The position numbers and the translations under genes were made by a program. 62,021 bases of DNA from Actinomycetota bacterium (lineage in GTDB: Bacteria; Actinomycetota; Thermoleophilia; Gaiellales; Gaiellaceae): NCBI GenBank assembly GCA_005888365.1, contig VAWZ01000003.1:1-62021 (forward strand), read 5' to 3'. Positions 36,157-43,778 of this stretch are shown one piece after another (position 1 is the stretch's first letter; each line of letters starts with the position of its first letter). The notes below the pieces were generated by a model that saw nothing but the letters and a program-made list of their open reading frames with translations, had not been told where the DNA came from and made no database searches.

Positions 36157-37617
36157 CTATCCGCGCGTCACCTGGAGGATCCCCAGGCACATCTCGTCCG
36201 TCGTTCCTTCGCCCCACAGCACATAGCGCGGGGTCCGCGCGACCGCCCTGCCGAGGTGCATCCGCTTGCCGACGTCGTAGTGGCAGGTGACCCGGACGAC
36301 GTCGCCCGATTTCGTCTCGACGGCCTTCGCGAGGGTGTACGCGTTCTGCCAGTGGAAGCTCCAGTGCGGGATGTCGAGGAGGACTCGGGCGCGCGGGGTC
36401 CCGGGGTTCAGCGTGAGGCGAATCGAGGCGCCGAGAAGGTGCATGTGGCCTGCGGCCACGAGGATCTTCGTCGGTGTGGCGATGCGACGATCGCACGTCG
36501 TCACGACGCTCGGCCGCGGGTTCGCGGCGTCCTTGCCGCACAGGAGCAGCAGGCCGGCCGGTGCGACACCGGCGTTCGCGCCGTACTTGGAGACCAGGTT
36601 CTGGAGAGCCGCTTCCCGGTTGCAGAGAGGGCCGTGCTCTGACTTCGCGCAGGCCAGCTCGACCGGCGCCGGAAGCAGCATCGTCTGGGCCGGCGTGAGG
36701 CCGGCGCTCGTGGGTGCGACGGTGAGGACGGCCTGCGAGCGGTCGGGCGTGCGACCGTTCAGGAGGTTGTAGTGGACCTGCATGACGATCTGGCTGCCCG
36801 CGGCGAGCGGCACGCCGTTTCCGTCCGGAAGCCGTCCGCCGCCCCAGCCCGGAGCCCAGGCCGAGATCCAGTTCGCGTCGTTCAGCGCGGCCTCGACGCC
36901 CCCCCCGCTCGCTTCGAGGCCGATGCCCGTCCCTCCGAAGCAGGGCCAGCCGAGGCCCGCGCTCGCCGCATCCAGCCTCTTCGCCTCGGCGACCTGTGCG
37001 GGAGTCTCCTTGAAGAGGATGACGTGGTGGACGACCCGTGACGCGCCGGGCTCGATCCGCGCCGACGTGACGAAGACGTTCTGGGTCAGCTTCGGGTCGA
37101 GCAGGAAGCAGCGGTAGTCGTCCGTGGCTCCGTTGCGTGAAGTCGGGTGGTACGTGGCGGGCATTCCGACCCGGACGACGGACTCTCCGGCCCGAACAGG
37201 GACGGGAGGAGTCGGGAGAGGCTTCAGCGGCGGCCCGTCGACGTGCGCGCCCGAACGGACCCAGGCGAGGATCGTCGCCCGTTCCGAGGCTGAGAGCCTT
37301 CTCGTCTCCTCCCCGACGTAGCGCGGCGAGCGCTCGCCCGGAGGCCACGGAGGCATCGCCCGCGAGCCCACCGCGACTCCGATGGCTGGCGCCCACGACG
37401 AGACGTCGTGGCGGGTCGCAAACGGGAACGGCGCGATCCCTCCGAGCCGGTGGCAGCCCTCGCACTTCGCCTGCATGATCGGCGCCACATCGCGCTCGAA
37501 GCTCGGAGACGCAGAACGTTCGTGTGACGCGGCGAGCGCCGCGAGCGGGACGCCGAGGGCGACGAGAGCCGCTACGACGACGGCGATCCTCGGCGGCCTA
37601 CGCATGCTGGGCGTCAT
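36157..37617 (-). CDS. Secreted protein with a CxxCH cytochrome-c motif and a PHM/DBH-like two-copper monooxygenase domain
   Basis: Signal-like MTPSMRRPPRIAVVVAALVALGVPLAALAAS, then FERDVAPIMQAKCEGCHRLGG. Copper ligand blocks are VVHHVILF, MQVHYN, AAGHMHLLG and TTDEMCLG. The start (37617 or 37605) overlaps the mcm stop. Confidence 0.75.
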   Translation of the reverse strand: MTPSMRRPPRIAVVVAALVALGVPLAALAASHERSASPSFERDVAPIMQAKCEGCHRLGGIAPFPFATRHDVSSWAPAIGVAVGSRAMPPWPPGERSPRYVGEETRRLSASERATILAWVRSGAHVDGPPLKPLPTPPVPVRAGESVVRVGMPATYHPTSRNGATDDYRCFLLDPKLTQNVFVTSARIEPGASRVVHHVILFKETPAQVAEAKRLDAASAGLGWPCFGGTGIGLEASGGGVEAALNDANWISAWAPGWGGGRLPDGNGVPLAAGSQIVMQVHYNLLNGRTPDRSQAVLTVAPTSAGLTPAQTMLLPAPVELACAKSEHGPLCNREAALQNLVSKYGANAGVAPAGLLLLCGKDAANPRPSVVTTCDRRIATPTKILVAAGHMHLLGASIRLTLNPGTPRARVLLDIPHWSFHWQNAYTLAKAVETKSGDVVRVTCHYDVGKRMHLGRAVARTPRYVLWGEGTTDEMCLGILQVTRG

Positions 37618-39178
37618 ATGTACCCCAAAGCTCGCGCAGGAGACCGCAGATCTCCCCGACCGTGCAGCGGGCCCGCAACGCTTCGCGCATCGCCGGAAGA
37701 ACGTTTGCATCGCTCTCCGCGACGCGCCGGACCTCGGCGAGCGCGCCGGTCGCCGCCTCCTCGTTTCGCTCGGCCCGTACGCGTGCGGTCCTCTCTCGCT
37801 GCCGTCGCTCGCCCTCGGGGTCGACGGCGAGGAGTTCTACACGCTCGCCCTCGTGCTCGGCGAAGCGATTGACGCCGACGACGACCCGCTCGCCCGCCTC
37901 GATCTCGGACTGGTAGCGAAAGGCAGAGCCGTCGATCTCGGACTGCACGAAGCCCTCCTCGATCGCGGCGACCGCCCCGCCGTGCTCGTCGACGCGAGCG
38001 ATCAGCTCTCCGGCCTTCTCCTCCAGCTCGCGTGTGAGCGCCTCGATGAAGAACGAGCCCCCGAGCGGATCCGCTGTGTCCGTCGTTCCCGCCTCGTGGA
38101 GGAGGATCTGCTGCGTCCGGAGCGCGATCCGCGCCGCACGCTCGCTCGGGAGAGCGAGCGCCTCGTCGAACGAGTTCGTGTGCAATGACTGCGCGCCCCC
38201 GCAGGCGGCGGAGAGCGCCTGGATCGCGACCCGCACGACGTTGTTCTCGGGCTGCTGCGCCGTCAGCGTCGACCCGCCCGTCTGAGCATGGAAGCGCAGC
38301 GCGAGCGCGCGCGGGTTCGTGGCGCCGAAGCGCTCGCGCATGATCTGCGCCCATAGGCGTCGTGCCGCCCGAAACTTCGCAACCTCCTGGAAGAAGTGGT
38401 TGTGGGCGTTGAAGAAGAAGGAGAGGCGCTCGCCGAAGGCGTCGGGCGAGAGCCCGGCGGCAATCGCCGCCTCGCAGTAGGCGATGCCGTTCGCGAGCGT
38501 GAACGCGAGCTCCTGGGCCGCGCTGGATCCTGCCTCGCGGATGTGGTAGCCGGAGATCGAGATGGTGTTCCAGCTCGGGAGCCGCTCCGCGCAGTAGGCG
38601 AAGAGGTCGGTCGTCAGTCGCATCGACGGACGCGGCGGGAAGATGTAGTTGCCACGCGCGATGTACTCCTTGAGGACGTCGTTCTGCACGGTTCCGCGGA
38701 GCTCGGCGCCGGGCACGCCCTGTCTTTCCGCGACGAGCTCGTACAGGAGGAGGAGGAGCGCCGCGGGCGCGTTGATCGTCATCGAGGTCGACACCTCGCC
38801 GAGCGGGATCCCGTCGAGCAGGAGCTCCATGTCGGCGATCGAGTCGATCGCGACTCCAGTGCGTCCGACCTCGCCGGCGGCGAGCTGGTCGTCCGAGTCG
38901 TAGCCGAGCTGGGTGGGTAGATCGAACGCCACCGAGAGCCCGCTCTGGCCGCGCTCGAGCAGGAAGCGAAAGCGCGCGTTCGTCTCCTCCGCCGACCCGT
39001 AGCCCGCGTACTGGCGCATCGTCCACGGACGTCCCCGGTACATCGTGGAGTAGGGGCCTCGCGTGTAGGGGTACTCGCCGGGCAGCTCGAGCTCCTCCGG
39101 CCGGAGGTCGCCGGCCGTGTAGACGGGTTTGACTTCGACGCCGGAGTCGGTCACACGGCGATCCTTGGCGGTCGCCAT
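37598..39178 (-). CDS. Methylmalonyl-CoA mutase family, large (substrate-binding TIM-barrel) subunit without a B12-binding domain
   Basis: PGEYPYTRGPYSTMYRGRPWTMRQYAGYGSAEETNARFRFLLERGQSGLSVAFDLPTQLGYDSD...ISISGYHIREAG...RFHAQTGGSTLTAQQPENNVVR. No DxHxxG module. Start at MATAKDRR (39178). Confidence 0.9.
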   Translation of the reverse strand: MATAKDRRVTDSGVEVKPVYTAGDLRPEELELPGEYPYTRGPYSTMYRGRPWTMRQYAGYGSAEETNARFRFLLERGQSGLSVAFDLPTQLGYDSDDQLAAGEVGRTGVAIDSIADMELLLDGIPLGEVSTSMTINAPAALLLLLYELVAERQGVPGAELRGTVQNDVLKEYIARGNYIFPPRPSMRLTTDLFAYCAERLPSWNTISISGYHIREAGSSAAQELAFTLANGIAYCEAAIAAGLSPDAFGERLSFFFNAHNHFFQEVAKFRAARRLWAQIMRERFGATNPRALALRFHAQTGGSTLTAQQPENNVVRVAIQALSAACGGAQSLHTNSFDEALALPSERAARIALRTQQILLHEAGTTDTADPLGGSFFIEALTRELEEKAGELIARVDEHGGAVAAIEEGFVQSEIDGSAFRYQSEIEAGERVVVGVNRFAEHEGERVELLAVDPEGERRQRERTARVRAERNEEAATGALAEVRRVAESDANVLPAMREALRARCTVGEICGLLRELWGTYDAQHA

Positions 39179-39221
39179 GCCGAGATCGTACGGGTGTCCC
39201 GAGTCGCGGTCCATGGCCTGG

Positions 39222-40174
39222 TCAGCCGGCGACAAGGCGGTCGAGCGGGGCCGGCACCGCGAGCGGAAGGATCGATTCGACGTATGGAAGGACAGCGAGC
39301 TCGCTTTCAACGAGCGGCACAGCGATCTCGCGGCGCGGGAAGCGGAACGCCCACCTGTCGTCAGCGAGCCACACCGTGTTATCGCACCCGGCTGCGAGGC
39401 GGCGCAGCGACCGCACGGCGAGGCTCGCGAGCTGCTCGCGGATCAGCAAGCGCGCGAGCGGTTCGTCCACGACGATCTCCGCGATCCACTCCGGCACGAC
39501 GTGAGCGTATGGGCGCAGGGGCCTCTGCAGCACCCGACCCGCGCGCTCGATCGCCTCGAGCGCAATGCGCCTGCCTGTCTCGATGTGCTCCGTGATCGCC
39601 TGACGCGCGGCCGCGAGGTCGGCGTAGGCGAACGCCTCAACGATGCGTGCGTGCTCGGTCACGAGGTTCCCGTGACCTTCGACGCGCCCTCCGCGGATGA
39701 CCTGCATCAGCAGGTTCACCGAGAGCTCTCGGTAGAAGCGGGAAGCAGGGCGTTTCCGGCGAGGTCGATCTGATGCTCGTGGAAAGCGGCGTTCGTCGCG
39801 TCCACTGCTCCTGCGGGATCGCTTCCGCCGTCGCCTCGAGGAGCGACCTGAAGAGACGCAGGAAGGCGTCGCCTATCGCGGCGACCGTGCGCTCCGCGGT
39901 AGGAGCTCGAGCGCGAGACGGACGTCGTATCCGTCCGAGAGGGCCGCTGCTGTGACGGGAGTGACGAAGTAGCCGTGTCGTGCCTTCACGGTCAGCAGTC
40001 CCTCGGCGACGAGTCGGGTCAGCGCGTGTTGGACCGGGCTGCGCGACACCCCGAGCTCGGCAGCGAGGTGATGGAGGCTGAGCTTCTCTCCGGGCGCGGG
40101 CCGTCGTGTGAGGACCCGTTTCCGAAGCTCACCGTAGACCTGGTCGTTGATCGATCCCTCGTCGCAATCGCCAT
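39222..40174 (-). pseudogene. Decayed GntR/FCD-family regulator (at least 4 frameshifts) running into a truncated aminoglycoside-phosphotransferase-like N-terminal fragment
   Basis: Manual three-frame reading gives MAIATR / SINDQVYGELRKRVLTRRPAPGEKLSLHHLAAELGVSRSPVQHALTRLVAEGLLTVKARHGYFV / ERTVAAIGDAFLRLFRSLLEATAEA / NAAFHEHQIDLAGNALLP / FYRELSVNLLMQV...HARIVEAFAYADLAAARQAITEHIE. This is followed by ...LAAGCDNTVWLADDRWAFRFPRREIAVPLVESELAVLPYV, which ends abruptly. Confidence 0.7.
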
Positions 40175-40229
40175 TTGGCGCGTCCTAACATGTCACGGGC
40201 AGCGAGGCAACGGCGGATACGCTCTGTAA

Positions 40230-40868
40230 GTGAAGGTTCGGGTCAGACTCTTCGCAGCCCTGCGGGAACGCGCCGGAACGGGCGAGCTCGAGATCGAGCT
40301 GCCGGAGGGAGCCGTGGTCGGGGACGTCTGGCCCGCTCTGCCCCTCGACGGCGAGCCACCAGGTCTCCTGTTCGCTCGCAACCGCGCGTACGCGGAGCGG
40401 GGAGAGCGGCTCGAGGAAGGCGACGAGATCGCCGTGATTCCGCCGGTCTCCGGAGGCAGCTTCGTGCTCACCGAGCAGCCGCTCTCGATCGAGGGGGCGA
40501 TCGGCGAGGTGCGGGACCGAGACGCGGGCGGAATCGCGACGTTCGTCGGGACGACGCGCAGGCAGGCGCGCGGTCGGGAGGTCCTCCACCTCGAGTACGA
40601 GGCCTACGAGGGGATGGCCGAGAAGGTGATGGAAGATCTCGCCGCCTCGCTCAAGCAACGGCACGACCTGTGCGAGGTCGCGATCCACCATCGCGTCGGG
40701 CGGGTCGAGATCGGCGACACGAGCGTCGTGATCGCGGTCTCCGCGCCCCATCGCGCGGATGCGCTCGCCGCTTGTCATGAGGCAATCGACGAGTTGAAGG
40801 TGTCCGTCCCGCTCTGGAAGAAAGAGGTCTACGTGGGCGGAGAGGAATGGATCGGCCGCGGATCCTGA
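40230..40868 (+). CDS. Fused molybdopterin synthase: MoaD sulfur-carrier domain + MoaE catalytic subunit (MoaX-like)
   Basis: Residues 1-76 end in ...EIAVIPPVSGG, the MoaD C-terminal Gly-Gly (nt 40452-40457). They continue directly into MoaE (...GGIATFVGTTR...LEYEAYEGMAEK...HRVGRVEIGDTSVVIAVSAPHR...ELKVSVPLWKKE). Confidence 0.85.
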   Translation: MKVRVRLFAALRERAGTGELEIELPEGAVVGDVWPALPLDGEPPGLLFARNRAYAERGERLEEGDEIAVIPPVSGGSFVLTEQPLSIEGAIGEVRDRDAGGIATFVGTTRRQARGREVLHLEYEAYEGMAEKVMEDLAASLKQRHDLCEVAIHHRVGRVEIGDTSVVIAVSAPHRADALAACHEAIDELKVSVPLWKKEVYVGGEEWIGRGS

Positions 40869-41716
40869 GAGACCAGGAGCCGGTCGAGGCCCCTGAGCCC
40901 GGCACCCTGCCCGACCCGCGGCCGGCACACGCGGGTGACCGCGGCTACGAGCCGATGCGTCCCGGCTGGAATGTCCGCGACTTCCTCAGGAAGCTGTTCG
41001 CGCCGGTCATCGGCTTCGGCCTTCTCGTCCTCAAGTACGGAGCACTGCTCTTCAAGCTGAAGGCCCTCACGGTGGGGGCCTCGATGCTCGTCTCGATCGC
41101 CGCGTACACGTGGATCTGGGGCCTCCCGTTCGCCGTCGGGTTCGTGGTGCTGATCCTCGTCCACGAGATGGGGCACGTTCTCGAGCTCCGCCGTCAAGGC
41201 GTCCCCGCCAGCGCACCGCTCTTCATTCCGTTCCTCGGCGCGGTGATCGGGATGAGACAGCTTCCCGAGGACGCATGGAAGGAGGCTCGCGTTGCCCTTG
41301 CCGGCCCGATCCTCGGGTCCGTGGGCGCGGCGGCCTTCCTCGCAGCCGGTGCTCTCGTCGACTCCGATCTGCTTCGTGCGCTCGCCTTCGTCGGGTTCTT
41401 CCTCAACCTGTTCAACCTGATCCCGATCGTGCCGCTCGACGGCGGCCGGGCCGTCGGGGCGCTCCATCCCGCTATCTGGCTCGTCGGGCTCGTGTTGATG
41501 GTCGGCCTGGCGATCGTGAGCCCGAATCCGATCCTGATCTTGATCGTCATCGTCGGCGGGCTCGAGCTGTGGCGTCGCTGGCGGGAGCGCGGCGAGCGGC
41601 CTGCCTACTACCGCCTCCCGGTCTCGCAACGCGTGGCGGTCGCGGTGGTCTACATCGGCCTGATCGTGGTGCTCGGGATCGCCGTCTCGGAGACGCACGT
41701 CACACGCCATTTCTGA
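40847..41716 (+). CDS. Peptidase M50 (site-2 protease family) membrane metalloprotease
   Basis: HEMGH zinc motif, NLFNLIPIVPLDGG, multiple TM segments. The start overlaps the moaDE 3' end by 22 nt. Confidence 0.85.
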   Translation: MDRPRILRDQEPVEAPEPGTLPDPRPAHAGDRGYEPMRPGWNVRDFLRKLFAPVIGFGLLVLKYGALLFKLKALTVGASMLVSIAAYTWIWGLPFAVGFVVLILVHEMGHVLELRRQGVPASAPLFIPFLGAVIGMRQLPEDAWKEARVALAGPILGSVGAAAFLAAGALVDSDLLRALAFVGFFLNLFNLIPIVPLDGGRAVGALHPAIWLVGLVLMVGLAIVSPNPILILIVIVGGLELWRRWRERGERPAYYRLPVSQRVAVAVVYIGLIVVLGIAVSETHVTRHF

Positions 41717-42405
41717 TGGCGGAACGGCACGAGCTCGACCGTCGCGTCTTCCGTCACAGCCAGGAGACGTTCGCCACCGACGTCGCGCTGATCGCGTCGG
41801 AGTTCCTCGCCGGCTTCAAGATCGTGGCGCAGATCGACCGTCCGGCGGTCTCGATCTTCGGCTCGGCGCGCGTGCGCGAGGGCACCGCGACCTACGAGAG
41901 TGCGCGGGCGACCGGGCGCGCGTTCGCGGAGGCCGGGTTCGCGGTCGTGACCGGAGGCGGCCCCGGTGTGATGGAGGCGGCAAATCGCGGGTGCAAGGAG
42001 GCGGCCGGCCTGTCGGTCGGGTTCAACATCGAGCTCCCACACGAGCAGGGACTGAACCCCTGGTGCGATCTCTCGCTCACCTTCCAGCACTTCTACGCGC
42101 GCAAGGTGATGTTCGTGAAGGCGGCGGAGGGGTTCGTCAACTTCCCCGGCGGCTTTGGGACCCAGGACGAGCTCTGGGAAGCCCTCACGCTCATCCAGAC
42201 CGGGAAGATCGGGGTCTTCCCCGTGGTGCTCTTCGACTCCGACTACTGGACCGACATGCTCGAGTGGCTGCGCGAGGAAATGCTCGAGGACGGCCTGATC
42301 TCTCCCGACGACGTGGAGCTGCTCCACCTCACGGACGATCCGCACGAGGTCGTCGAGCTCGTCGTCTCCCAGTACAAGGCTCGCGTCGCCGAAGGTTCGG
42401 CGTAG
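41716..42405 (+). CDS. LOG-family (TIGR00730) nucleotide phosphoribohydrolase-like protein
   Basis: ATG 41716 overlaps the upstream stop. VVTGGGPGVMEAANRG and PGGFGTQDELWE motifs. Confidence 0.85.
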   Translation: MAERHELDRRVFRHSQETFATDVALIASEFLAGFKIVAQIDRPAVSIFGSARVREGTATYESARATGRAFAEAGFAVVTGGGPGVMEAANRGCKEAAGLSVGFNIELPHEQGLNPWCDLSLTFQHFYARKVMFVKAAEGFVNFPGGFGTQDELWEALTLIQTGKIGVFPVVLFDSDYWTDMLEWLREEMLEDGLISPDDVELLHLTDDPHEVVELVVSQYKARVAEGSA

Positions 42406-42425
42406 CCGCCCCTACACTGCGCCGA

Positions 42426-43745
42426 GTGCGCTCGCCTCGCGACCTTCCGTCCGTCGATCGGCTCCTTGCCGACGAGCGGCTCGCGGGAGAGCCGCACGAG
42501 CTCTCCGTCGCGGCTGCTCGTGACGTCCTGGCGCGCGCGAGAGACGAGCTCCGTTCGGGCGGTGAGCCCGGCCCGCTCGTCGACGCGGTGCTCGAGGAGC
42601 TCGGCCGGGTGCGACGACCGAGCCTCCGCCGTGTCCTGAACGCGACCGGCGTGCTGGTGCACACCAATCTCGGCCGCGCCCCGCTGGCGACGAGCGCGCT
42701 CGAGCGCGTCGTCGAGGTCGGGACCGGCTACTCGAACCTCGAGTACGACCTCGAAGCAGGCGCTCGAGGCTCGCGCCAAGACCATCTCGCGTCTCTCCTC
42801 TGCCGGCTGACAGGAGCCCAAGCGGCGCTCGTCGTCAACAACAACGCCGCGGCGGTGCTCCTGGCGCTCGCCGCGCTCGCAGAGGGCCGCGAGGTCGTCG
42901 TCTCCCGCGGCGAGCTGATCGAGATCGGGGACGGCTTTCGCATCCCCGACGTGCTCGCTCGGTCAGGAGCGCGACTGGTCGAGGTGGGAACTACGAACCG
43001 GACGAGGACGTCCGACTACGCGCGTGCGATCGGGCCGGACACGGCTCTCCTCCTGCGCGTCCACCAGTCGAACTTCCGGGTCGTGGGCTTCACCGAGCTG
43101 CCGACGCTCCCTGAGCTCGCGGAGCTCGCCCGGCGCCACGAGGTTCCTCTTGTCGACGATCTCGGCTCCGGGGCGCTCACGACGCTCGGCGACGAACCGA
43201 CTCCCGCCGAGAGCCTCCGTGGCGGAGCTGATCTGGTGACGTTCTCGGGCGACAAGCTCCTCGGGGGTCCGCAGGCCGGAGTCGCCGTCGGCCGCATCGA
43301 TCTCGTCGAGCGCCTGCGTCGGCATCCGCTGCAGCGGGCGTTGCGCGCCGACAAGCTGACGCTGGCGGCGCTCGAAGGCACGCTCACCCTGGCGCTCGAC
43401 CCGGCTCGGGCCTCGGCAGAGGTCCCGGTGCTGCGCATGTTCCACGAGCCTTTTGCGAGCGTTCACGCCCGTGCCGAGCGGCTCGCCGTGCTGGTCCGAG
43501 GTGAGGTCGAAGAGACCGTCGCGCGTGTCGGCGGCGGTGCGCTCCCGCTCGCTGAGCTTCAGAGCGCGGCGTGCGCGGTCGAGGAGTCGCTCGCGGAGTC
43601 GCTGCGTCTCGGTGAGCCCCCGGTCGTCGCCGTCGTCCGAGACGGCCGCACGCTGCTCGACTGCAGAACGCTTACGGATGTGGAGGTCGAGGAGGTCGCG
43701 GCTGCCGTCGTCGCCGCCCGTGCCCGCGCTGATGACGGCAAGTGA
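42426..43745 (+). CDS. selA: L-seryl-tRNA(Sec) selenium transferase
   Basis: LPSVDRLL...RVLNATGVLVHTNLGRAPL...YSNLEYDLEAGARGSR...VVNNNAAAVLL...FSGDKLLGGPQAG (the PLP lysine). GTG 42426 is tentative. Confidence 0.9.
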   Translation: MRSPRDLPSVDRLLADERLAGEPHELSVAAARDVLARARDELRSGGEPGPLVDAVLEELGRVRRPSLRRVLNATGVLVHTNLGRAPLATSALERVVEVGTGYSNLEYDLEAGARGSRQDHLASLLCRLTGAQAALVVNNNAAAVLLALAALAEGREVVVSRGELIEIGDGFRIPDVLARSGARLVEVGTTNRTRTSDYARAIGPDTALLLRVHQSNFRVVGFTELPTLPELAELARRHEVPLVDDLGSGALTTLGDEPTPAESLRGGADLVTFSGDKLLGGPQAGVAVGRIDLVERLRRHPLQRALRADKLTLAALEGTLTLALDPARASAEVPVLRMFHEPFASVHARAERLAVLVRGEVEETVARVGGGALPLAELQSAACAVEESLAESLRLGEPPVVAVVRDGRTLLDCRTLTDVEVEEVAAAVVAARARADDGK

Positions 43746-43778
43746 GACCGTGTCACGGGGCCTGAGCTCCCCGGCCGT

